From Phoronis australis (lineage: Eukaryota; Animalia; Phoronida): a stretch of 64,000 bases of DNA. The stretch covers positions 194,045 to 258,044 of the forward strand of contig NMRA01000198.1 in NCBI GenBank assembly GCA_002633005.1. The letters run 5' to 3'. The position numbers and the translations under genes were made by a program. Shown one piece after another: positions 50,991-64,000 of this stretch. The notes beneath the pieces are model-generated. The model was not told the DNA's origin. It did not search any database and saw nothing but the letters and a program-made list of their open reading frames with translations. How positions within the stretch are numbered: position 1 is the first letter of the stretch; the number at the start of each line of letters is the position of its first letter.

Positions 50991-53749
50991 GCCCCCCTTT
51001 GGCTGCAAAAAAGTAAACTGACATGGAAATGAACGTGCGCATTTACTATGTCGCGGTTAATCGTGAACAAGTACTTCAATTTGTGTACTTGTGCTGGACA
51101 CAGACAATACAAAATGAAAAATATCTCCTAGATCTGCCACTGAGTCCCTCGCCGTTTTTCTTTGCAACTTTTCACTGATGAAATTTTCTTTCCGGCCTTT
51201 ATCTCTCCAAGCCTGCCGCTTACGTTGACTTGTTTCGGTACCAATTTTCTTGTTCTGGACATGACATTGACTTTTTCTCTGATCAGTTATGGCTGCACCC
51301 ACTTTTTTGTGGTCAAGAAATCTGAAAAGGCAACTTATTAAATGAGAACCGTAACTAAAACCCCATTTATTAGCAGACACATTTTCTAAATGCATTCTTC
51401 ATGTAATCCAACACATGATCACTATCTTACTTTCTTATATATTTTGTTCGGAGCTTGTTTCCTTTGAGACCACTTAACTAAACCAGTACCTAAACAACTT
51501 AATTACATTTGAAGAACACGAAAATATATTTTTGTAGTGTCAATAGTCTTATTTTCATCATCTTAGATTGGCTTTCCAATGTTCAAAATTAAAACTACAT
51601 AGAATGTTACTAGTTTTCTTAGCACATGCGTCTATTTTTATTTAAAAATACTAAAAATATTTATCCATTTATATACTTTTTATTTTAAATCGACCAAAGA
51701 AGCTTTGACAAAATAAGGACGGTCTTACGACCAGGCTGTTATATGAGTGCCACAAAATTGTATCGGTATAGCTCCCGAAATGGTTAAAGGAGGCGAAAAC
51801 GGAAATTTTCTGACTGAGACAATCTTTCGTAAATATCCTGAATAAATGTGAACTTATAAGCGGTTTAAAAATCTCGGGAAGTTAGTTTTCACTGGCAGCC
51901 GGAACCGATCCCAGTTTCCATTCTGCAGACAATACGCACGCGCTCAGTTGGGTTAAAGTTGAGGTGAGTGGCAGTTAACTGAAATTTTCCCATGATTGTT
52001 AGATAATGCAAGGACAAATGGTTTTAGGGATTTTTTGGTACCCGGCTTAAACTAATCTTGATTCCGATGAATGACATACAAACGAATCAGTTCATTTTTA
52101 GTTTCACCAATCTTGTTTGCTATATTCGAGGCAAGCACCTTTAAGGGCAGTTTGACCGGGACTTTCCGCGTTTTATAAACGTATACGTTTATTGAACTTT
52201 CAATGGGCTCAAAGGTGCGTCTAATCAGCTCCGCGCGTTTATCCCCACTTCTGCTAACACCAGGCACACACTAACTGAAGACAACTGGCCCTGTCCCCTT
52301 AAAACAGTATTATGTATTTGTACACTTGGTGAAATGTAAGTGCCTCTCGATTTTGTAGTTCATAAGTTTGCGGAGATAGATAATTGGCATTTCAAATGAG
52401 GCCTTATCGCAAGGTATCATAAAGCAGTAAGAGAGTAATTGACCTGTGGACCTAAAACCTTTGGCGTAGACAGGGGGGCACAACTGATGGGGGCTATGAA
52501 CTTCATGCCCATTACAAAATACTTCCCGGTAGAAACTCGTTGCAGTTTTGTGTTTTGTTTGTCCCTCAGCTCATTACTGGCTTTAGCTCCCCGGTTGCCA
52601 ACAATTTCAGTTCCCCCTCCCGCCAAAAAAAGAAAATTAGCTTCCCCAGTGACTATTGCTAATGTTTTTCCTGCGTAGCATCAGAAGCTACTTACGGTAG
52701 ACACGGAGGACGCAGAGATTTCGAACCGTCTACCCTCACTGAAATACATCAAAAGAAAACAACCTTAGAAACGGACGCACGTGCCTCGACTTGACCTGTT
52801 TGATTTATTTTTATTTTTTATTTATTGTGATATTTAAAATGAGGATGACCTCTTCAGTGATAGCACTGCGTTCCAAGAGGGCCCTCAACAACATAAACAG
52901 TAATATAATACAGTGAAGTTATATAATAACAATTATGTATACGTGAAAGTAATCTGCCATCCGACTATCAAAGGCAAAATTCAATTCCATTGACTAGAGA
53001 ACTGGACTCCAAAGTGAACAGTGGAAATAATATCGAAATCTTTAAAAGATATGTTTCAAATGTCTTTCAAAAAGATATAGATATACATTGTAAATAAAGG
53101 TTAATCTGCGTTTCTAGGATTCCTTTCAATATTCTGGGGGTTCGTAGCTGCTATTAAAATCATTTCGATTAGATGTATCATTTTAGAAATAGTGTTTTTC
53201 AATTTCTTACCCCACAAAATGAGGGTGCCACCATTAAAACTAACATTCTAAGTGACAGAGATACTGAGCAAAATGTATTTTAAGGGCGCCATTTTTTAAA
53301 TTTCAAGATGGCCGCCAATAAAATTAAAATTTCCAATTCATTGACCCCAGAACTGCAGGTGTAGCCATAACAACTAATATTCTCAGTGACCCAACAGCAG
53401 ATATATAGGGCAAAATCTATTTTACAGGCGCCACTTTTTAAAATCCAAGATGGCCGCCAAGAAGGCCACCGAAAAAAATGGAATCGATTATTTTCTGATT
53501 CGTCATTCCATAAGATTTCCATAAATGTATAGTTTCCATTTTCCCAAAAAAATCCAACGAAGGTCAAAATTTGGACACAGTGAACCTGACTTAATGGTTC
53601 TTACAAAAGTGACAAGTAACTACTTTTTTCTAAAACTTTATTGGTGCTATTTGCCTAGTTTTCAATACATTCACCAGTTAGTCAAAATAGTTAAAGCAAT
53701 GCTAGGCCCAGTGTTTCAGTTGTAAACAGTAAAAAACGGTACCAGTTGC

Positions 53750-54940
53750 GGGGTGCGTAGACTACGCACAGTCAATCAACGTCAAATTGTGACTAAGTTA
53801 CAAATGTATAAAATGGTCTCGAGTTTTGTGCTGCCTCTATTTGTTGGTTTGTTGCAAGTTGTCTTGAGAGATAGAGAACTTGCCTCTACAACATCAGCTG
53901 TCACATGACGTGTCTTCTAGGATGTTAAGTACTAGCCAAGTCCTCTGTGGCGTTTTATTGTCCACAAATTTGATAATGTCCTTGTTTTTGTCAGACTGGA
54001 TTCATTTTGGAAACTATCTGTGGGCAATACTTTATAGAACAGAGGTTGAAGGTGCGTACACTACACAGGGGTACGTACACTACACAGGGGTACGTACACT
54101 ACATTCTAATGACTTGTCAGGTTTATAAAAATACTTAGAATCTACTGAAAGTAAGTTCATTTGCTAAATCTATTCAAAATAATTAAAAAGTACAGTAGTG
54201 CATATCTGTCTGTAATTCTTTGAAAACAGGGATGTGTTAAAATATAGGGGTACGTACACTACACAAATGCTAATATTTCACTCAAAGCAAATGTATTTGT
54301 AATTAACACCCTTTAACCTAGCATTTCTAATGGAGGAAACTCTCTGGGACAAATGTTGCTTACCACCGTGTAATGTTTTTGTTTCATGGTATTTATTCAC
54401 ATCGGGGTACGTACACTACACAGGGGTACGTACACTACATTTCAATGACATGTCAGGTTTGTAACTTAATACTAAGATTCTACTGAGAGTTAGTTGATTT
54501 ATTAAATCAATTGAAAGAGAAAAAATAAAAAGCACAGCATTCACGTGCATATCTGCCATACTTTTGAAAATGAGCACAAATTAAAATATGGGGGTAGGTA
54601 AACTACACAAACGGTAATATTTCACTCAAAACAAATGTTCTTGCAACAAACACCATTTCAACCTAACATTTTAAGGAAGGAAACTGTTTATGATCAGTTT
54701 TGCTCACTTACCAAGTGATATTTTGATTTTATGGCATTTGTAAACATGGGGGCACGTACGCTACAAAAGGGGGTACGTACACAACACCTCTGTTTCTCCA
54801 TCACATGGTAACATATGTTGTATGGCCAATTATTTTTCTTTGATGATAATAAACATCATGTTGTTATTTAACAGGCAATAATTTCATTTGCAATGTCCAT
54901 TTGTGTTTCTGAATTCCACATGGGGGTACGTACACTACAT
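53750..54940 (+). repeat. Cluster of about 11 GGGGTACGTACACTACA-like motifs within a ~340-bp higher-order repeat, probably TE subterminal repeats
   Basis: Motif near 53750, 54051-54103 (x3), 54247, 54404-54439 (x2), 54590, 54748-54786 (x2) and 54922. The intervening sequence is itself repeated (~54068-54403 vs ~54404-54750). Confidence 0.75.
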
Positions 54941-56280
54941 TTTGTGAGCCTTTTTGGCCCATTTTCAACATAGCAGAACCCAGTCAATATCCAAACTTTT
55001 GGTTTGTTTAGATATTGAATAATTTGCTGTGTTGCCTAGGCTAACATATTCTGCAGTTCTTTTTATTACAGAGTGTGAACTTAAGTTTTTAAAGTTCTTT
55101 ACAGTAGGTGAGGGTTAGAAACACAGAATTCACAAATTTCGTAACGAGGGCCTGTTTTATGATGGACCCTACTATTTCTCAATGATTAAGCACAACTTCA
55201 TTCCAGTGATTCTGAAAGTGACTCAAGTTATTCCCAGTCATATCTAATCAATTGCTTACTTGTTAAAATAAATTTCTTTTCTACTGTTGACAATTGAAAT
55301 TAGTAATTTTTAAAATGGCCACTCGTAACGCTAAAAATACATGAAATTCATAGACAAAAACATACATAAATTTCTCAAACATTGTTCGATTTTAATGATT
55401 CTTTTTTTATTTGCACAACTAAATAACTCTTTACATATGAGATTCAGTTGGCATTTGGTAAGTGACCAAAAAATTTATTTTACACCGTAACACAGTCAAC
55501 TCTCGAATATGGACCTTGATTGTGAGTTAGCCGTCTGCACATTAACGGATTTGTTCTCGACGCTGCCGTACTTTTAAGAAATCCTTGAAAAATTGTGTCA
55601 ATGTCAGTGATGTTACAAAATTTAAAGTTCAACGATGGAGCTAACCAAGCTGACCACCAACTGTGACCTCTAGAACGATACCAAAATGATGAACCAGAAC
55701 AAAAAGACAAGTAAACCAATTCATAGATAATTATTATTGTACATATCTGTCAGGTTGGAAATACAGTTTAGTTCTAAAAATAATAGCGCAATCAAAATTC
55801 GAAAAAATATGAGAATGTAATAATGAAACCCATTGCATAACATGACTGATTTATTAACTAATTAGGCAACAAACAAACTTGTAATATCAATTAATTTATC
55901 GTACCATCAAAAGGAAATGAACCAGAGAGATCGCACAAACAATTATTTGAACCAGCAGGGAAATAAGTTCAAAGATTTGAACGGCTGATACCGCATAAGG
56001 AGAAATAATTTAGGACGTGGGTCCCTCGCAGCCACCTAACTGGGCCTTTGGTGCCGTTTGGTGTAAGTACGTTCTTCAGTAGAAGTTCAGGTTCCAGTAA
56101 ATATGTTAAAATAGTAATAAACAAAGTTCTATTTAAATTAACCCCGACTACGTGACTACGGTAGATATGGTGAGAAATTTTGCTTTTCAAATTTTGTTTA
56201 AACCACTCTAAAACCGTAAGATGCTACCACTTAAATGAACCCGAATTCACGTTGAAATACAACAGTGAGAAAAGTCCCCA

Positions 56281-57035
56281 TAGTCGGTGAGCCAGATTTT
56301 GTAGGGCCTCTAGAAAATGGTTTTTGTGAGTACTTTAGGGGGCAATTTTATTTTGGTGTTTTTAATTCATTTATTAGAGTGTTTTCAAAATCTAAAAAGT
56401 TCCCACATATAAAGTTGCACATTTTTGAGAAATTTNTGCCTCAATGACTAAAACATTGACTAATGGTGTAAAATACAGCTTGTTTGCATAATATACCAGA
56501 AATACGTTATAGTACAAAAACAATATAGTTGAATGATCTCTGTGAATGTGCACACAGACTGTATGACTATTCTGACAGCGTTTATCAAACAGTATGAGAC
56601 AAATACATGACAATGATCAAAGTATGTACTTTCTGTGACTTAATCAACAAATAAAATTAATTTTTTAATACAAAAAAACGAAATAACAGGGTTGGAGGTC
56701 TATTTAGGATTGAATTGTCAAAGAACTATCCGATGTTATGCAGTCAATGTTGCTGATGTTACTACAGTTGTCACAGCTGCACATTTCTGTACAGTTTGGC
56801 CCAGCATTGTTGCACAAACTCAGTTTCCCAGCACACATGTTCTTTTTGCACTTGCAGCGTTCATCGTTTAGTACTGTCAATGGAGATGCGGACATTGCCA
56901 TACATTTTAACTGCAAAGCTCCACCGCCAAGGAGCCAGCTATGGTGATTGGCCCGCAGGCAATGAAGGGTCAAACACTAAATCCTTGTTAGGAGGCGGGC
57001 AGGATTTGGGCAAACGTTTGATTCAAAATATGCTA
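56281..57035 (-). mobile_element. Academ(X)-like DNA transposon remnant (Cys-rich C-terminus of the transposase)
   Basis: PPNKD..LTLHCLRAN...W...CKCKKNMC..C..AGPNCTEMCSCDNCSN. Similarity to the paralogous block stops at cccca|TAG (56281), a TAG terminus. Confidence 0.55.
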
Positions 57036-60000
57036 TAATGGGCTGTGTTAATTAGAGTAAGCAAGTGAATTATTGAACACTAGCCTCAATTCACTTTTGT
57101 ATCTCTTAGTAGGGCACAAACTACAACAGTGAGTAGCTTCAACAATACTTCTTAAGACTGCCTGTCCAAATAACTAATCCATGCACACCAGCTTTCTAAA
57201 AAATAGCTTCAAAATCTCGCTGTAGTTTTGAAAGGCAAATGACATCTCCATGTGTTAGAAGCTTTGATTCAGTGAACTACAAACTAAACCGTAGAAAAAC
57301 ATCTCTGAAACCTGTGGATTCGTCACTCTTCACAATCGTTGTCTTTCTATTTTTATAGCATGCTGATCTGTGGTACTTGGCTTCTAAGACACAAGGTCTT
57401 TATCTTTGAATTTCATTTGCATATTCAGGGCTCTGGACTGAGCTGTCGCTTGCAATACAAGTCCAACTGAAAAAAACCCAAACTATTAACACTAATTTAA
57501 CATTCAACTATGAGTGAGTTGGCATGCAACTTTTTCAGACGGACTTATCAGGAACTGATCCACCACCAGCCTAACAAATTTACATGCCGTCTGATCTGTC
57601 GCCTAAAAATGTTGATTGTCTAACAATTAGATTAGTTGATGTAACTGAAAATAAATCAGCTGATATACCAGTGCAGTGATTGAAATTTAATTTTTTTAAA
57701 TCAGATGCTCAAACCAGGAAATGGACAGTGGCTTCCATCGTCCTCAAACTACGACGGCGACGATGGCCATTTAGGCACTCTAATTTAATTATCATTGCAG
57801 CTACCTAAGTAATTAATGTTTACAAAAATTGAGAAGAGGTTCCCTCTATCCCAGGACTACGACAGGGGATGACGGCCACTTGGGCATGTTGTTTGCAACC
57901 ATTTTCTCCATTTAACCTTCTCAAAAATTTTTGACTTAAAGTGCTTTAAAATCACACCCACAGTATAACGCCATATGATTATCCCTTAGCGCAAGCAGTG
58001 TCGATGTGGCAACCGAAAAATGGAGTGTTCGAAAAACAGGATTGCTGGAGTATATGTTTAAACTGGGAACAAATGAAAACATTAACGACCTTCTCAGAGG
58101 AATCTCTCTACGCAGTACTTCTAAACTTATAGGAACATAATTTGTTGAAAAGCATCCAGCATATGGAGTACCTATGGTATGATCACCGTCTCTACTGGGT
58201 CAGCGGTATTGTCTAAGGCCTAGGCAGCNACTGTAAATTACAGAAATCAAAATTTATACGCAAACTTTTGAAAGATTTTGGGCCACGGCATTTGTCTGTG
58301 AAGAAACTAAAATCAAGTTTATTTTCTCCATGCTATGCTCCGCGAAAATAAAGACATGACCGGCAAAGAATACTGCCCGTCTCAGCAGAGTGAAGGTAGG
58401 ACGAGGGAAACAAAGAATATTTCTATAGCAGACTCACGTGTTTCGTTGTTTATTTTACTTGTCCTCTAGACCATAAGAAAAATCTTAGGAATTTACCGGC
58501 GCGTTTGAATTGCGCAAGGAGTCGCCAGGAACGTCATGTAAACAAACCGGGCAAGTTTACACAGCATTCGTTCTAAAGCCCTGTACAGACGTGCATTGTA
58601 CTACAGCTCGTGTCTAATCGATGCATGCGTACGATTTGGGTAACGATGGTGCAACAATAAGGTTTTCGAAGAAAACAAAACGCATTGATTGCACTGACGT
58701 TGCAGCACAGCATAATCGTAAAATACAGAAAGCGCAGCGCTAAAGAGGTCTCCCGAAATTACACACGTACATACACACGTTTGTTCATGCGATGTGTCAT
58801 ACAGTGAATCAGAAGCCCCGATACGTTAGATAGTTGGCCCCTTTTTGCGGGATTCGAAGAAATATCCTCTTCTGGAGACCTTTGACAGTTGTCCGAGTTA
58901 CCGCGTTAAAATGAAACCCCAATATTCCCATAGACACATTTATGTGTCGGTGTGTGTGGCTTGGGCTTATTCCCTATGTTTTTCAGCGAGCATGTCAGTT
59001 GCAAATTTCAGATGTTGGGTTTTTTATTTTCACACCGAAACACTTGTAAGAACCATGACCCGTTTTTTTCAAATGGCTCGCAAATCCGGTGATTGCTAAG
59101 ACGAGATAGCGATTTTAAGAAACTTTTAGCAGTCCCTTGACTTGGGAACCGTAAAAAGCGTTGCTTTTTAACTGTTAATCTTGAATTCTTAAAGATACAT
59201 TTCGTCATGTTTAGTTGGCTAAAAACCAAAAATGGAACTAGTCGTTATACCCTCATCAAATCGGTCTCATAATATTCCTTTCCATCATAGGGTTCCATTT
59301 TTGTTACCATCAAGAACATCAGTGAAAACTATCACCGACTCAGAAAACGCTTCAGAGTGTATTGGCGAATTTTGAATTCAAGGTTGGCGCATGTTTGGCT
59401 GGGAACTGAGTTTGTAACGGAAATTGAATCCTAACGCGGCGGTGATGAATATTTCCGGGTTTTCAGAACCGATTTCATGAGAGAAAAAAGCTTATTCAGA
59501 TTTCCGTTTTCAGCCAGAGCGAAATGCAGCTTTAACTGAATTGAGGTTCAAAACATTACCACACTCACCTGATCTTGAATTGATGCCAAATAAGGGAGCA
59601 CAGAACAGTTGTCACTGGGTTTTGCCTAGAAGAACACACTCTGTCGAGAACAGTGTGCAAAGAATGAAAAGTTAGTCATTTCACATCAAAAGCACTGTAG
59701 ATGAGCACAGAAACTTTATTCTGTCTTGCATTTTTGGCCCTTTTACTCCTACTGAAAAGCACGGTAGGCGATGAAACAATTGACAAAATACAAAATTGGC
59801 ACTTTTCCCACAAAACCACCACTTCCTGCCGATGTGTGACATATTATATTTTGAAAGCAAATTTCCAACAGATTCCAAAAGTGAGGTCCAGTAGTATATT
59901 GTCAACCAACTATTTTTGCAATTCTAGCTTGTTTGAGGGCTACCTGAAATCGTAGCCGAATTTTCAGTCACTACCCAGCAAAAAACAAGTTCAAAAGGGG

Positions 60001-61403
60001 CCGCCATCTTGAAGAATGTTGCATCTACAGCCGAACAAGTGTCTTTGCTCATTTCCAACATGTTCACACATACAAGCAAACCAGATTCACTGAGCCTACA
60101 TGAAAAGCCTTCCTGAAAACTGCCCCTAAATCTGACCTACTCCTGGAACTTAATTTTTTGGCTTTTCAAATGTTCAATACCATGCGAAACGGCAACGCGA
60201 GTCCCAGGCAATGCGTACGTGCGCCAGTTTCGAATTCACAGTCTTAGGATTGGCCAACCCCAAAAACACTGAAACGCTTTCTTAAATAGTTGATGGTTCT
60301 AATGCTCTTGTTGTAAATGAAAATTGATACTCTATCACGGTGAGGAATGCCATGAGACTGATGTTATTGTTATGAGAGCAAATGTCTAATTCGATTTTCG
60401 TTTTTAGCCAGCTAAACAGGTCGAAATATAACTTTAATTCCAAGAAATGTTGCAATGAGTTCCTAAACGTAAGCTTAGATAACATGTGCGGGTTTATCTG
60501 TTTGGAACGTGGTTCGAAGGTTTATTACATGACACAAATCTAACCTAATCTAATTAATCTATTCACTCATGACATTCACAACTTTGAGATAATCGGAATT
60601 AAGAAGATACGGATTTTTATTTTCACCTATTCAGCCGGTCAACGAATATCGAGGTCGAGATTGACTTCAAGCGAATAGAACTAAGGCGGGTCATCAGTAT
60701 TTTCTAAATTTTTTGTTTTTATTTACTCAATTGCGCAGTTGGGAAACTACTTTTCAGGCCCGTTTCACCCCGTGCATTAAAACAACCGTTAATGTTGATC
60801 TCTGTAAGTATTATTTTTTTACCCTAATTATCACAGACAGTCGTGTCACTGCAATCGTTTTAATTGTAGCAACCGAAGTATGGCCACATATCACGTTGCC
60901 CTTCCGTTCCTAGGTCCTCTGGCCCTCTCTCAGTAGAGAAAAAGAAAAAATCTCGACTTTCAACGGTTGAGTTTTCGTCAATCGGCGCAAAACCTTGCAC
61001 TACTTTGCCGTACCCCGAAAAACCGAGAATTTTCCGGAGATTCCGCCTCCTCACTTGAAACGTCTATTGCCGGAAAACTGCATTTCTACAAAAATAATTA
61101 TGTTTCCTTTTGCTGTGATGAATTAATGCCAGCAAATGAATTTCATTGCGAATATTGAATTGGAAACGAGACTGTCGTTTTATTGGGAGGAACAACAAAA
61201 CTTCTCCTGAGCCGAGGCCAGTTTCCAAGTTAGCAGAGGCGACTGTACACGCTATATCACATAATGATATGTTTTCTCGTTACTCATTCCTACGTTTCCC
61301 TCTCGCTGTGTCTCCCTGGGCTCTCGCCTTACTTTCATTCCTCCACTTCTTCTCAGGTATTTATTTTCATCTCACCTCCTCTCCGTCTCTCCCTCCCACT
61401 CCC

Positions 61404-61450
61404 NNNNNNNNNNNNNNNNNNNNNNNNNNNNNNNNNNNNNNNNNNNNNNN
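61404..61450. other. Assembly gap (N run)
   Basis: Run of n inside a CT-rich tract. Confidence 0.99.
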
Positions 61451-61585
61451 TCCCCGTCCACCCCTGCCCCCTTTCCTAATCCGTCCCTGACTGTCTCCCT
61501 CCGTCACTCCCCCCCTCCTCCCTTCTCTCAACTCTTCAAATAAAATATTGATATTTTCATCATTACAGGTTGCGTCCAGTTCAAG

Positions 61586-63123
61586 ATGACCTCCAATCGC
61601 CTCGCTTCCCTTGTGTGTGTATGTTTGATGATTCAGGCCGTGTCAGGTAAATAGGTTTCGTCCAACTAGGGGGAAATGGAGAGTGAGGGTGTAAGCAAGA
61701 GTGAGCGGGAGGGGAGTCTGTTGCCTTAATTGTGAGCCTTAAAGCGTTCCTTCAATGGATTTTGGCACCTTTCAAGTTTTAAATCGTGCATAATTATTTA
61801 AGAACACAAAATCTAAGTAAACAAGTGAGTTATTTTGAATTTTAAAGAAAAAATTATTAAAGAAAAATTAATGTGCCTTCTGCGCTCGTAACCTCAAGCT
61901 ATTTGCGTGGCATTTACGTCCCATTTTTACTATTGGACATTGACGTATTTTGTGCATAGCTTGCATTCCCACAAAATCTTGAACAAGAATAGACTGATGG
62001 AAACTTACATTAATCACATTCATTATCTCAGTCACGATTTGATGCTGAGGCTCATACTCGACGTATGTACCTGACAACTACGTAACCAGCAATGGTACAT
62101 CAAATGCATTTACACGTTGGAGAAACCTTCGTCAAACCACCGTTTCTGCAAGATTCTTAAAAATGGATGAGCACAGCGTGACCCCTGAACCGACGCACGA
62201 GCCTGTGCCATTTCTGGGCGATCTTAGGGTCTTTTGGGAACAGAATAAAATGAAATGGTGTCTGTCCGATTGCTATTACTGCATCCTCCGCACACGCACC
62301 TTTTCATAATTCTCAGTCGAACTCAGTTTTCGAGACCACTAGATTGGAAAACAGATCAACAAGCTTTTGTTAGCGTGCGGTATTAGTTGCTCGAGTTGAG
62401 GAATACGAGATCGTTGATGGACGAAAATGTTGTGATCGAGAAGTCTATGCTACGTTGTGCAATAAACGTGTAGGTGGGTCTCGTGGGGCTATTTCTTCAG
62501 AGATCGCTGCTGGTGACAATGAGTTGCTACGCAACAATACGAAAGGTAAATTAGCAACTCGTCCAAAGGGTGGCACAAGTTATCGTGAAACCGTTTGCCA
62601 AGCGAGATGTTCTTGACAGTGACACTTCTTCAAGTGGTGGGGTGCATGAACCTTATGTTAAATTTAAGAGGAGTGTTAAACCTCCCAATCTGTGTTAAGG
62701 ACTACATAGTATACGTAGGCTCTGGTGTCTTAACAGAATCTCAAATGAATTAATTTCATTTGAGCTGTTGTTTGGCGTTTAAGCGTGGATTCCTGTGGGT
62801 TTTTTTGTGTCTTGTTAAGAGAAAAGGAGGGGATGAAATGTACGGAAGTTGAGTGTTGTGTGTGATGGTTACTTAACTGAGATACAGTGAACATTGCTGA
62901 TTAGAGTAGTGTTTGTTACACTGTATTTTAGTGGGATTGAATGCAATAACATCGCGCTACTTTCCAGGTAATTTTTGGATATTGGGCGGCGTGGCAGGAG
63001 CTCTTACAGCCCCATTCGTTTTGCCTGCTGTAGGGTTCGGATCTGCAGGAATTGCTGCGGGTTCGTGGGCAGCTTCCATGATGTCAAGTGCCGCTATCGC
63101 CAACGGAGGAGGAGTAGCAGCTG
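61586..63123 (+). CDS. IFI27/ISG12-family protein, 5' exons 61586-61646, 62501-62545, 62968-63123; 3' end not found in the window
   Basis: ISG12 motif APFVLPAVGFGSAGIAAGSWAASMMSSAAIANGGGVAAG. Upstream exons MTSNRLASLVCVCLMIQAVS and EIAAGDNELLRNNTK are joined by phase-1 GT-AG introns. Confidence 0.9.
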
Positions 63124-64000
63124 GTAAGAACAACAATTATATATTAAAAACTGTTTTGTTATATTCGACAGCAACCATGTACCACAGTTGCTGAAATATA
63201 GCCTAGGCGGTGTTTGCATTATTGTTGTGCGTGGTAACCTCTCCACTGATCAAGAACTGGTCAGCGGTGGTGAAAACCGTTTGTACACTTGAGATAAATA
63301 GTCATGCAGTGCAACACAGTATGTTCGCACAACACATCTTTCTCAACATAGAAGCACTGTACGGGATTGCACGAGCAACGTTGTCAAAAAGACTGTACGG
63401 TGTGCCCATATTAAAACAACTTAATGAGAATGTAGAAGGAGAGAGTGTGCCACAGAATGCCTAAGGTAGACATCCAATACTCAGGTTATTCAACAATTCA
63501 TCGTGTCACCATTACGTGCAAGTCTTTGCATTTGCAAACTCTGTGATAAGCCCGTAGAGTTTGATTCTGTATTTAGTGCTGATGAAATCGTCTGTATTAT
63601 AACAAGATTCTGTGCAGCGAACTACGCCTTTAGCGAGGCTGTGTGGGCAGATACGTAGCCAGCTACCGTTATCTAACCGCCCTGAGTGTTGCAACGGTTA
63701 CCATGCATCTTTCCGGACGTTGCCGTTTTCTAAAACTGGATTTTTGACGAAATCGTTCAGGCAACCTTTGATCGCCCTTGTTTTTTGTGAATTGATATCG
63801 GCTTGAAGCACATAGCAACCTGTTATAGTGCTGGTGTTGTTTTATTATCAAACCTTATCTCACACACTAAAAGTTTTGTCATTTTGTTTCGTTTTAAAGT
63901 TAAGTGTAACTGATTGGACATTAAGAAGGCTTCTTTTAGGGAACTGAAATAGTGGGCGGAACCATGCAGTTGTGATGAGGATATCACTCCATTACCAAAA

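Noticed and set aside
53750-54940. CRISPR-like interspaced repeats
   Set aside because: Spacing is irregular, the spacers are themselves repeated, there are no cas genes, and the context is eukaryotic.

Overview
AT-rich, intron- and repeat-rich eukaryotic DNA, most likely from a marine invertebrate (mollusc-like; this is inference). No prokaryotic features or CRISPR arrays were seen. Host genes: (1) a minus-strand tandem cluster of ENPP5-like alkaline-phosphatase-superfamily genes, with copy A exons 1-2 intact and running off the left edge, and copies B and C disabled; (2) an intact 7-exon plus-strand gene (29997-43411) for a ~258-aa secreted, internally duplicated protein I cannot name; (3) the 5' part of an IFI27/ISG12-family gene at the right edge. 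The rest is transposon-derived. It includes an internally deleted Kolobok (TTAA TSD, ~158-bp TIRs, convergent P2X7-ballast-like KolX and THAP-transposase fragments), apparently nested in an older Kolobok. It also includes an RTE LINE with an 11-bp TSD, an I-group LINE, a HERO-like RLE retrotransposon, a short-LTR element with CG termini and a 3-bp TSD, a Penelope remnant with a hammerhead-like core, an Academ-like remnant, and MITEs. Two tandem duplications joined by a single 'n' are probably assembly artefacts. All family assignments come from motifs read by eye, not from database searches.
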